Below are positions 20,801-28,786 of a stretch of 64,000 nt of DNA, piece by piece (the stretch's first letter is position 1; the number at the start of each line of letters is the position of its first letter). The notes under the pieces were generated by a model. It made no database searches, was not told the DNA's origin, and saw only the letters and a program-made list of their open reading frames with translations. A program made the position numbers and the translations under genes. The DNA is from Candidatus Eiseniibacteriota bacterium (lineage in GTDB: Bacteria; Eisenbacteria; RBG-16-71-46; CAVPCR01). Location of the stretch: NCBI GenBank assembly GCA_963823555.1, contig CAWGMA010000002.1, forward strand, positions 192,001-256,000, given 5' to 3'.

Positions 20801-22003
20801 CACGATCGTGCTCGTCGTCCCGTCCCAGCTGATCTGCCCGGAGAGTGCGTTCTCGGGGTTGCAGCCGTCGGCCGGCGGTGTGAAGACGCAGCCGTCCCGC
20901 CACAGGCCGGTCCAGACGTCGGGGAGGGGATCGCACTTGCCGCCGCAGGAGTTCTCGCCGAGAGTGCCCTCCTTGTAGCAGACGAGGGTGCGGTGGGGCG
21001 TGTTGTTGCCGTCGATCGAGTTCTCCCAGCGGGTCTTCCAGTAGACCTCGTTGCCGCTAAAGAAGGCGAGGTGAACGCCCGCACCGCGCGCCGCCTCGAA
21101 CTTGGCGCGCTCGGCCGCCGACCAGTACTCGTCATGGCCCACGGAGAGGATGATCTTGTGGGTTGAGGGTGTGATCGGCGTCGAATCGCGGTCCATATCC
21201 AGGTCGGTCGTGTAGCTCACGTCGTAGCCGTTCCGCTCGAGCCAGCGCACCATCGGATATTCGGCGTTGAAGAGCCAGTCCTCCGCGGCGCCGCCCCCGC
21301 CGCCCCCGGCGCGCGTGACGAACGGCCGGTTGTAGCTCACCTTGGTGGCATGGCCGCTGGGATAGGACGTGGAACCGACGTAGAGGCTGTTGCCGCCGTA
21401 GACGTTGTAGGCCTGCCAGGTGGCGTCGGCGGTCTTGAAGAGGAGGTCCGCTGGGACACCATCCTTGCGCACGATGAAGACGATGTGGCTCGCCCCACCA
21501 TCGGCGACCCGGACGAGGCGGGCGATGTAGATGCCGGAGATAGCGGTGGTCGGCACGGTCCACGATGCGGAGACACTCCAGTTCCCGCAGTCCACGAGGC
21601 CGTTCGGGGCGTCGGTGATGGGGGCGGGCTGCACCGTACCGGTGAAGGGGATTGCCGTGCCCAGGCTATCGACGAGGCGCGCGCCGTTCCCCTGGTACCA
21701 GCCGAGGCGGTAGATCCGGATCCGGTAGTCCGCGCCATCCGTGACGTTGATCTTGAAGTCGATGGTCTCGCCGCGATTGACGCTGATGTCCGTGGCAAAG
21801 CCCTGGATGCGAGAGTCGCCGGCTCCGTTCACGTCCCATTCCGAAGGCGGCCGTCCCGGGAGCACATTCTCATCCGAGATCTCGTTCGCACGGACGGGGG
21901 CCGCGGCGATCAGGAAGAAGCCGGCGACAAGCGCCAGGGCGGTCAGCGCGGGGGTCGGCCCATCGGTTCGCGAGCGCCTGGCGGCCAGTGCAAAGCGCCT
22001 CAT
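17234..22003 (-). CDS. N-terminal part of the giant secreted protein: N,N-dimethylformamidase beta-subunit-like domain, two DUF4082 domains, three SbsA/Big_5 Ig-like domains
   Basis: Signal peptide (A-X-A). TWQAYN.YGGNSLY, VSYNRP, EYPMVRWLERNGYDV and GHDEYWS; ELG.KF...G.RFYKG...NYWVD occurs twice; DVTPP.V...P...ATGV occurs three times. GAGGAG RBS. Confidence 0.85.
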   Translation of the reverse strand: MRRFALAARRSRTDGPTPALTALALVAGFFLIAAAPVRANEISDENVLPGRPPSEWDVNGAGDSRIQGFATDISVNRGETIDFKINVTDGADYRIRIYRLGWYQGNGARLVDSLGTAIPFTGTVQPAPITDAPNGLVDCGNWSVSASWTVPTTAISGIYIARLVRVADGGASHIVFIVRKDGVPADLLFKTADATWQAYNVYGGNSLYVGSTSYPSGHATKVSYNRPFVTRAGGGGGGAAEDWLFNAEYPMVRWLERNGYDVSYTTDLDMDRDSTPITPSTHKIILSVGHDEYWSAAERAKFEAARGAGVHLAFFSGNEVYWKTRWENSIDGNNTPHRTLVCYKEGTLGENSCGGKCDPLPDVWTGLWRDGCVFTPPADGCNPENALSGQISWDGTTSTIVVPDTYGNLRFWRNTAVATLPSGQSLTLTPGTLGYEWDFEQYGEHYPPGRVHLSTTVYNNHTHHLSLYRHTSGALVFGAGTVQWSWGLDGTHDRGSDPPSLAMQQATLNLFADMNAQPATPQGDLVPATGAADLTAPTSTIGFPAPGASLPSGTPVTITGTATEIDGIVAGVEISVDDGVTWQRATGTTSWSLVWVPGATGSVTIKSRAFDDLGNLEVAASAPAPNAVTVTVTEASPSGPYTIFPPTATPVYPNVTDSQALELGVKFQVTTDGTISGIRFYKGVSNTGTHVGSLWSSTGVLLGQATFTGESASGWQEVLFATPVDVTTGTTYVASYYSPTGYFSVDYAYFTNPVVSGPLRALANGEDGSNGVFVYSSSGPAFPTQAPGGLYAASNYWVDVVFELPGGPDVTPPTVVATSPGNGATGVATNTVVSAVFSEPLDPATVGSATFDLRDPLDNPVLATVEYDAPSRTATLTPGTALESSTVYTARLRGGATDPRIKDLAGNPLAADYVWSFTTSVPDVTPPAVVSTVPTTGATGVSPGVVVSAVFNEALNPTSVSTSTFELRDATNTLVPATVSYNVYTRTASLTPSAPLAEVTEYTATLKGGATDPRIKDLAGNALSADYTWSFIVASFDCPCTVFQPTDLPAQTDVTDNQPIELGMKFRSSVDGYVTGVRFYKGALNTGEHIGSLWSSSGVLLSQVTFVGETASGWQEQAFDAPVPIAANTTYVISYHSPLYFADTSPYFNSAVVNGPLEGLADGEDGPNGVYVYGSSAFPTSSYNKSNYWVDLVFATSVGPDVTPPTVITRSPSPGATNVAVSASATATFSEPLDPATVNSSTFELLDPGSASVGATVSWDNPTRTATLTPTSPLDYATTYTAILRGGASPPHIKDVAGNPLAADVSWSFTTAGPPPTEGPGGPILVISTGANPFSRYFAEILRAEGLNEFTAMDLSLVTPAVLTDYDVVILGEMPLGRGGRDDAQRLDGRGRPLDRHAARRATGRAPRTHASRRHARGPLPPRRHRLGSGRGHRRGDDPVPRCRRSLHAVRRDESRHALLRRHDRDHESRGHAPRRRGQRWAGRGLHLRSRALGGLHPPGEPGLDRPGARRHQPPIRSDDLFYGNAAGDPQPDWVDLDKVAIPQADEQQRLLANLILQGNRRSLSAAAVLVPAAGAQGRDRHDRRRPRR

Positions 22004-22051
22004 GAAAGTCTCCTCGAATTCACCGCGAGAAGCGGCAACGACCTGCTCCTA

Positions 22052-22915
22052 TCAGTGCATGCGAACGAACTTCTGGATCAGGGGATGGCTGCCTGCGCGG
22101 AGCTCGACCCAGTAGATGCCGAGCGGGAGGCGGGTTCCATCCTCTGCGGTCAGGTTCCAGCGCAACGAACCGGAGGTCACGCCCGCGAGCGGGTGCTCGA
22201 AGCGGAGGCGCCCTGCGGCGTCGAAGACGAGAATCGAAGCCGCCCCGTCCGGGTGCTCCCAGTCGAGGCGGAGAAAATCGGAAGCCGGGTTCGGCCTGAG
22301 GAGGAGGCGAGTGGCGGAAGGTGCCATTGCCTCACCCACGCTCGTCTGCGAGCAATCGGTACAGATTCGGGCGCGGCCGTCGGTGAAGGTGGTGCCAGGG
22401 ATGAGCATTCGATTGACGTCGAGCACGTAGCTTTGACGCAGAGGTGGTGGCAAGGCCCTGTTCTCGGTGATGTCGATCGCAAGCTGGATCGGCTCGCTGC
22501 AATCCGTGACCTGGAACTCGAGGCTCGCGAGCTCCCCAGGTCCCAGTACATAGGTTCCCGCTCCGATCAGGCAATCGGCCACGGCTGTTGTGTCAGCGTC
22601 CCGCTGCGTCCACGAGAAGAACGTGGGGAAACCCGAACTTCGGAAGAGCGATCCCTCCGCCACCGATAGGAGCGCGAGACGGCTGCGATCGTATGTTATG
22701 AAGAGCTGGTAGCAGGCCAGCGACTCCGGCCCCGCATCGACCCAGACCGAGGCGGTGAAGGTGTCCCCTGTATTCTCCGTGCAGTAGGGTTCGCCATCGA
22801 AGTAGACGTTGGGCTGAGCGACGGCATTGCCCATGCCGAACAGCATGGCGCCCAGGGCGACCAGCAGCGTGATCGGGGCAGATGGACGGATGGTCCGACC
22901 AGGGAGAGAGAGCAT
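22052..22915 (-). CDS. Secreted cohesin-like domain protein with FlgD/T9SS-like C-terminal domain
   Basis: Signal peptide. FTASVWVD...YQLFITYD...GPGELASLEF is a cohesin-like beta-sandwich; the tail reads PNP...VFDAAGRL...W...G..LPLGIYW. GAGGAGG RBS. Confidence 0.72.
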   Translation of the reverse strand: MLSLPGRTIRPSAPITLLVALGAMLFGMGNAVAQPNVYFDGEPYCTENTGDTFTASVWVDAGPESLACYQLFITYDRSRLALLSVAEGSLFRSSGFPTFFSWTQRDADTTAVADCLIGAGTYVLGPGELASLEFQVTDCSEPIQLAIDITENRALPPPLRQSYVLDVNRMLIPGTTFTDGRARICTDCSQTSVGEAMAPSATRLLLRPNPASDFLRLDWEHPDGAASILVFDAAGRLRFEHPLAGVTSGSLRWNLTAEDGTRLPLGIYWVELRAGSHPLIQKFVRMH

Positions 22916-22932
22916 TTTCCTCCTCGCGGATC

Positions 22933-23004
22933 GTTCCGGGGCCCCGCTCTGGGGGGCCCCGGAACCGTCTTGTCTCCATGCGGATCTCGATTCCGATCCG
23001 CATG
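22933..23004. terminator. Two tandem intergenic stem-loops
   Basis: GTTCCGGGGCCCC/GGGGCCCCGGAAC (22933-22965) and CATGCGGATC/GATCCGCATG (22977-23004). Confidence 0.55.
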
Positions 23005-23013
23005 CTCCCGCGT

Positions 23014-25248
23014 CTACTTGAGGAGGTTCATCCTCTCCTTGGCCCGGAAGTCTCCGGCCGCCAGCTCGTAGAAGTAGACCCCGCTCGCCACGGTGCCTCC
23101 GTTCGCATCGGTGCCGTTCCATTCGACGCGGTGAGCGCCGGCAGGAAGGTTGCCGTTGACGAGAGTGCGCACCAGGCGCCCGGTGATGTCATAGATGTCG
23201 AGCCTAACCGCACCCTCGACCGGAAGGTCGAAGGCCAACGTGGTCGACGGGTTGAACGGGTTCGGCTGGGCTTCGTAGAGCCGGTACGCCGCCGGGAGCT
23301 CCGTGGCCGCGTCCGGCGTCGCGTGGCTCTCGAAGGCGTGATCATGGCGCGAAGCGAGAAGCTCCTGGTTCCCGGTGTCACGCACCTTCGATTCGGTGAG
23401 CGCCAGCGGCGAGGAGGTGTCAGTGAGCATCCGGAACTCGAGCGTGACGACCTCGCCCTCGCCGCTCATGGCCGCGCCAGTCCCGAGGAGCGCGAGACCG
23501 AGCTCGACACTGCCTGCTCGACGGATGGTCTTGAGGAAGTGCTGGTAGGAGCCGTTGGCGATGGCCTGGCTCACCTCCGCCCGCTCGAACGTCATCCGCG
23601 TGGGATCGAAGGTCACGATGGTGGTGATACCCTGCACATTCGCCACGGCACCCTGGAGCAGGAGCGGAACGCGCACGAGCTTCCCATCCCGCTCGGCCGC
23701 GGGCACCTGGCCCAGGGCGAGGCGAATGGGTCCCGAGCCCTCCTTGCCGAGAGCGACCGGGTTCGAGTGGAGCGGGGCCACTGTGTCGTAGTTGATGGCG
23801 AGAACGATCAGGTCCTCGAAGTCCACGATGCCGTCGGGCCTCGGCACGCCAAGCGGGTCGTAGTTGGGCATCACCGTCGGGGCGAAGTCGGCCTCGGGGT
23901 TTCCAGGTGTGGGGGTCGAGAGCCCGTACTGACCGGAAAGCTGAGCCAAATCCTCAAAGTTGACGTTTCCATCATAGGGTCCGCCGAACCCATAGGGTTC
24001 TTGACTGTCTTCAAGGTCCCCCAGCCAGTAGTTGCTCGCGGCGTCGGTGGCATCGGTTGTGATCTCGGTAATGAAGTCCTCGCTGAGATTCGTCTTCCCG
24101 CTACCACCAAGCTCCCCGCCGCAGCTCTTGACGAAGGCGCGATAGAGGAAGACGTCGCGTTGCCCGAAGGTGCCGTTCCCCAGGGGCTCGTCGATGTATG
24201 TCGTTCCGGTGCCCTGGTAGACCACGGTGCCGTCCGAGGTCGAGGTCGGGTAGGCGGCATCGATCCCGGTGGTGAATGGATAGCCAGTCACCGACTTCCG
24301 CACGATCCAGACTTCCTCGCCGCCGGTGAGGGTTGGCGTGGTCCAGCTGAGGGTGACCTTGTTGTTCCCGGGCGCGGCGTTGAGGCTCGTGACCTGGACG
24401 GTCGGGGCGTCCGGGTTGTAGCTGAAGTGGACGCTGTCGGCCAGGGCACAAGTGCCCGCGTTTCCCGCTTCATCAATGGCGCGCACGTAGATCGCGTAGG
24501 TTCCTGCGCTTGCTGGAGCGGCGCCTGGTGTATGCGGGCCGCTTGGTCCCCATGGGGATCCAGTCAGGGCGACACTCGCCAGAGTGGTCCAGCCGCCCTC
24601 GACGCATGGGTCCCCAGCGGACTGGTACTGGTACTGGAGCTCGACCACCTGGCCGAAGGTTGGCCCTTCGGTCCCCGACACGGTCACCGTGGGTGCCGAG
24701 TTGAAGCACACATCGGTGGAGGTCACGTCCGTCACTTCGGGAGCGGTGCAGTCGATGTTGACCGTGCCATCGGTGGCGCTGGCCGAGAGGTCAACATTGT
24801 CGGGGTCGCGAACTTTGAGCCCGGTGAGAGCAATGGTGGTCGTGCCCTCGCCTACGGGGTCGCCGACGAGACTGAAGAGGGTCCCGGAGCCGGACACGCC
24901 GGCGGTGGATCCGAGGATCGTGCAGGCAATGCTGTAGTTTCCTTCGCTGAGCCGGCGATAGACGAAGGTGGCGCCGGGGAGGAAGTTCCCGGCCCTGATG
25001 CCGTAGCTGGCCGTGTCTGGAAGCGCCAGCTTGGTCTCGTCGATCGCTACCTTGACCTCGTATCCGCGGATGACAAGCCCGTTGGTATTGATGTCGACGC
25101 TCAGGGTCAGGCTCGAGTCGTCGCACTTGGCGAGGCTCGTGCTCGGGCTGACGCTGACTTGTGCAGTCTGAGCCACCGCCAGCGCTGGGACCAGGAACAC
25201 CAGGATGAAGAACAGAGGTGCGATGAGCTTCCTACTCGACGATGGCAT
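23014..25248 (-). CDS. Secreted protein: cohesin-like, FN3-like, dockerin-like pair, cohesin-like, FlgD-Ig
   Basis: Signal peptide ending AVA-Q. DGNVNFEDL and DGIVDFEDL motifs; PNPFNPSTTLAFDLP...ASGVYFY tail. AAGGAGG RBS. Confidence 0.78.
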   Translation of the reverse strand: MPSSSRKLIAPLFFILVFLVPALAVAQTAQVSVSPSTSLAKCDDSSLTLSVDINTNGLVIRGYEVKVAIDETKLALPDTASYGIRAGNFLPGATFVYRRLSEGNYSIACTILGSTAGVSGSGTLFSLVGDPVGEGTTTIALTGLKVRDPDNVDLSASATDGTVNIDCTAPEVTDVTSTDVCFNSAPTVTVSGTEGPTFGQVVELQYQYQSAGDPCVEGGWTTLASVALTGSPWGPSGPHTPGAAPASAGTYAIYVRAIDEAGNAGTCALADSVHFSYNPDAPTVQVTSLNAAPGNNKVTLSWTTPTLTGGEEVWIVRKSVTGYPFTTGIDAAYPTSTSDGTVVYQGTGTTYIDEPLGNGTFGQRDVFLYRAFVKSCGGELGGSGKTNLSEDFITEITTDATDAASNYWLGDLEDSQEPYGFGGPYDGNVNFEDLAQLSGQYGLSTPTPGNPEADFAPTVMPNYDPLGVPRPDGIVDFEDLIVLAINYDTVAPLHSNPVALGKEGSGPIRLALGQVPAAERDGKLVRVPLLLQGAVANVQGITTIVTFDPTRMTFERAEVSQAIANGSYQHFLKTIRRAGSVELGLALLGTGAAMSGEGEVVTLEFRMLTDTSSPLALTESKVRDTGNQELLASRHDHAFESHATPDAATELPAAYRLYEAQPNPFNPSTTLAFDLPVEGAVRLDIYDITGRLVRTLVNGNLPAGAHRVEWNGTDANGGTVASGVYFYELAAGDFRAKERMNLLK

Positions 25249-25667
25249 CAGAGCCTCCTTTGCGTCGAAGGTGAAGAGCCGGCCGGCGCGTTCCCGTTCC
25301 CCGGGTGTAGGGGCCGGCGATTGAATGTCAGCTCGGACTGGAGAGGTTGCGGCGTCTGTGGAGTTTCGAGACCGGTCGGCCATTGTGGTTCCCATGTTGT
25401 GTTGCCGTGATGATCCGGACTGCCGCCGCTGGTGGAGGCGACGGCAAGCCGCTGGCACGAAGACGTTGCGGGAATGATTGGGGTATCAAGGCGGCCAAGG
25501 GGACCTCCCTATCCTGCGGCTCGGAGCGGCCTAGAGCGATGTCATTCTAGCAGTCGAGGGAATGACGATAAAGTCCAATCACACTCCTAGGTGAGAATCA
25601 ATTGATGGGGTAAGTCGTTGACTCGTAGCGGATTGGTCGATGGGCTACGGACGGCCGCGACCGGTTC

Positions 25668-26537
25668 CTACGGGGCGAGCGTAAGTCGTTGGCTCCATTG
25701 CTGGTTGTTGACCCGGAGGGTCGCGAAGTACACGCCCTCCGCCGCCCGCCTTCCGCACGCGCTCATCCCGTCCCAGACGACGGCATGCGCCCCGGCAGGG
25801 AGGTCGCCGGCCACGAGCGTGCGCACGAGCCGCCCGCTCACATCATGGAGCGAGAGCCGCACCGGCCCTGCCACAGCCATTTCGAAGGGGATGGTCGTCG
25901 CCCCGGCAAACGGGTTCGGGAACGCAGGCATCATGCGCACCGCGATGGGTGCCGTCGCCCCCGGCTCGATCCCGGTGACCGGCGCCACCGGTTGCTGGAT
26001 GGCGTAGATGAAGTCGCCGATCGGATTGTTGTTGCTGTTGGCGGCATTCCCGGCGACATAGAAGACCACCGGGCCCTCGTCCGGCGCCGTCCAGTCGAAC
26101 TGCCAGGTGACCGGGCCATCGGGGGTGTTGTCATAGGTGCCGTCTTCGGTCTGCTTGAGATAGTCGGCGTCGGTCCCCGCATTGTCCGAGAGCTGCGTGT
26201 TCAAGAAGTCGGTGACGATGAGCGTTCCTGCCTGCTCGCCGGTCACTGCATCCTGCGCTGCCAGCTCGAAGCCCCAGCGGCGCTGGCCGGGGTCGCGGAG
26301 CTCGATGCGAAGCGTGTAGGTTTGGTTCGGCACGTACCCCCCGATCGGAACATCGAGGAGCGCCAGCGCCCCGTCCCCTGCGCCTCCCACCTGATGGCAA
26401 GCGGTGCAGGTTTCGAAGAAGGGCGGGCCGCCCGCATAGCCGTCGGGCGGGCCGCCCGCATAGGCGTGTGCGGCTGCCGGCAGGCCGAGGACCAGGAGGA
26501 GGGCGAGGATGCTGTGGAGCAGGGTTGAGTTCACCAT
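25668..26537 (-). CDS. Secreted Reeler-like/choice-of-anchor V domain protein with CxxCH motif and FlgD-Ig tail
   Basis: Signal peptide (AHA-Y). TCTACH, Y.P.QTY, WGFEL, WQFDWTAP, FYVAGNAAN...GDFIY and PNPF tail. Confidence 0.78.
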   Translation of the reverse strand: MVNSTLLHSILALLLVLGLPAAAHAYAGGPPDGYAGGPPFFETCTACHQVGGAGDGALALLDVPIGGYVPNQTYTLRIELRDPGQRRWGFELAAQDAVTGEQAGTLIVTDFLNTQLSDNAGTDADYLKQTEDGTYDNTPDGPVTWQFDWTAPDEGPVVFYVAGNAANSNNNPIGDFIYAIQQPVAPVTGIEPGATAPIAVRMMPAFPNPFAGATTIPFEMAVAGPVRLSLHDVSGRLVRTLVAGDLPAGAHAVVWDGMSACGRRAAEGVYFATLRVNNQQWSQRLTLAP

Positions 26538-26565
26538 TGCGAGATTGTAGCACGGAGAGGCGGGA

Positions 26566-27351
26566 TCAGCCCGCGCTGCCTCGCCGGCGCGCGGCGAGCA
26601 GGGTCTGGAACTCGGGCGATCGCCAGCGCTCGGCGAAGAGCTCCCGCTCGTAGCGCCGCGCTGCTTCGCGCCCGCCGCGACAGAAGGCGCGGGCGAGGCC
26701 GAGGAAGCCCGCCACCGAGCCCTGCGGGCGCACGGCGATGTCGGCGGCCAGCGCCAGCGCCTCATCGATGAGAGCGGCCTGCGGCACCACGCGGTGCACG
26801 AGGCCGATGCGGTGCGCCTCCTCTGCATCGATGGTCGGCGCGGTCAGGAGCAGCCACAGCGCAGCCGGCGCGCCCACCGCCTCGATGAGGCGCACGCCGC
26901 CACCCCAGCCCGGGGCCATGCCGAGATCGCGATGGCGCATGCTGAAGGTCGCCTTCTCGCCCGCGATCCGCAGATGACAGGCGAGGGCGACCTCGCAGCC
27001 GCCGCCCACTGCGGCCCCATTCACCGCGGCGATCACCACTCGCTCGCCGCCGGCCAGCCGCTCGAGAATCGCGCCCATGCGTGTGACCGGCGGTGTCGCG
27101 CGCTCGTCACTCGGGAGCGAGGCGAAGTAGTCGAGATCCCCGCCGGCGCAGAAGCTCTTGCCGGCGCCGGTCAAGACGATGGCGCGGCAGCCGGCATCCG
27201 CCTCGAGCGCCGCGACCTCGCGGTCCAGCTCCTCGATGAGCTGGAGATCGACGGCGTTCGACTTCAGGGGGCGGTTGAAATGGAGGAGCGCGACGGCGCC
27301 CTCGGGGTGGCGGCGTTCGACGCGCACTCGGGACGGTGGATGGTGCAGCAT
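26566..27351 (-). CDS. Enoyl-CoA hydratase/isomerase (crotonase) family protein
   Basis: FNRP..SNA, FCAGGDL, AAVNGAAVGGGCEVALAC and PGWGG. The start could be TTG 27387. Confidence 0.9.
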   Translation of the reverse strand: MLHHPPSRVRVERRHPEGAVALLHFNRPLKSNAVDLQLIEELDREVAALEADAGCRAIVLTGAGKSFCAGGDLDYFASLPSDERATPPVTRMGAILERLAGGERVVIAAVNGAAVGGGCEVALACHLRIAGEKATFSMRHRDLGMAPGWGGGVRLIEAVGAPAALWLLLTAPTIDAEEAHRIGLVHRVVPQAALIDEALALAADIAVRPQGSVAGFLGLARAFCRGGREAARRYERELFAERWRSPEFQTLLAARRRGSAG

Positions 27352-27436
27352 GGCGCGAGCGTGCCCCGCCAGCGTTGTCGGCGTCAAGGGGCCCGTGATA
27401 GATTCCGCCGAACCTGTTCACCGCGCTAGGAGAACC

Positions 27437-28786
27437 ATGCTCGCCCGTATCGCCGCCGCGCTCTCCGGGTGGTCGCTGCGCTGGATCCCGGATCCGCTCG
27501 TCATTGCCGTCGCGCTGAGCGCGATCACCTTCCTCTTGGCCCTCGCCACGACGGCGGCAACTCCGCTCTCGCTCGTTGCCGCCTGGGGGGATGGCTTCTT
27601 CGGATTGAACGAGTTCGCGATGCAGATGTGCCTCGTCATCGTGACCGGCTCGATCCTCGCCGCGTCGCGGCCGTTCGCCCGTCTCCTCGACGCGCTGGCC
27701 GGCCGCGCCCGTTCACCGCGCGGGGCGATCGCGCTCATGGCCGTGTTCTCGATGGGAACGGCACTCGTGCACTGGGGCGTGTCCCTGATCGGGAGTGCGG
27801 TCTTCGCCCGCCACCTGGCGCGACGCCGCGGCGATGTCGATTACCCGCTCCTCGTCGCCAGCGCCTACCTCGGCATGGGGGCGGTGTGGCATGCGGGACT
27901 CTCGGGTTCGGTGCCGCTCCTCGTCGCCACACCCGGGCACTTCCTGGCCGAGGCGACGGGCATCGTGCCGATCACGGAGACCATCCTCCGCCCGTTCAAC
28001 TTGATCCTGCTCGCTGGCGTCTTCCTGGTCATGACCGTGGTCGCCGTGGCCATGCATCCGGCGCCGCAGCGGACGCGACTGGCCCCGCCGACGGCGGTGG
28101 CGCTATCCGCCGACGAGCGTGGGGCGCAGGGATCTGGGGCCGCCCAGCCGCCCGCAGCGCGGACCCCCGCCGCCCGCCTCGAGGCGAGCCCGGCTCTCGC
28201 CGTCCTCCTCGGCTTGAGCGGATTCCTGTGGATCATCGTGACGATTCGCGCCCAGGGGCCGGCGGCGATCACGCTCAACTTCGTGAACTTGACCTTTCTC
28301 ACCCTGGGGGTGCTCCTCCATGGCCGGCTGTCGTCCTTCCTGCGGGCCGCCGCCGAGGCCGGTCGCCATGTGTGGGGAGTCATCATCCAGTTCCCGCTCT
28401 ATGCCGGTATCATGGGCATGATGCGTGGCTCGGGCCTCGCCGATGTCATCGCCGGCTGGTTCACCCGTGCCTCGACCCCGGACACCTATCCGTCGGTCGT
28501 CCTCTGGTACTCGGCGATTCTCAACTACTTCGTGCCGTCCGGCGGATCCAAGTGGGCGATCGAGGGGCCCTACGTGCTCGAGGCGGCCCAGCGTCTCGGG
28601 GTGGCCGCGAGCGACACCGTGCTCGCCTATGCCTGGGGCGAGATGGTGACCGACATCATCCAGCCGTTCTGGGCGATTCCGCTCCTCGCCGTGGCCGGGC
28701 TCTCCTTCCGCGACATCGCCGGCTATGGGATGGCGTTCTGCCTCGTCTACGCGCTCATCGTGGGGGGCGCCTTCGCGCTCATCTGA
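27437..28786 (+). CDS. atoE: Short-chain fatty acid transporter (AtoE/TIGR00366 family)
   Basis: FAMQM.L..VTG, DYPLLVASAY, WHAGLSGS.PL, QFPLYAGIMG, NYFVPSGGSKW and IQPFWAIP. AGGAG RBS. Confidence 0.88.
   Translation: MLARIAAALSGWSLRWIPDPLVIAVALSAITFLLALATTAATPLSLVAAWGDGFFGLNEFAMQMCLVIVTGSILAASRPFARLLDALAGRARSPRGAIALMAVFSMGTALVHWGVSLIGSAVFARHLARRRGDVDYPLLVASAYLGMGAVWHAGLSGSVPLLVATPGHFLAEATGIVPITETILRPFNLILLAGVFLVMTVVAVAMHPAPQRTRLAPPTAVALSADERGAQGSGAAQPPAARTPAARLEASPALAVLLGLSGFLWIIVTIRAQGPAAITLNFVNLTFLTLGVLLHGRLSSFLRAAAEAGRHVWGVIIQFPLYAGIMGMMRGSGLADVIAGWFTRASTPDTYPSVVLWYSAILNYFVPSGGSKWAIEGPYVLEAAQRLGVAASDTVLAYAWGEMVTDIIQPFWAIPLLAVAGLSFRDIAGYGMAFCLVYALIVGGAFALI

Noticed and set aside
25453..25469. 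Sigma54 promoter TGGCACG...TTGC
   Set aside because: The spacing is 6 nt rather than 4, and it points away from the nearest gene start.
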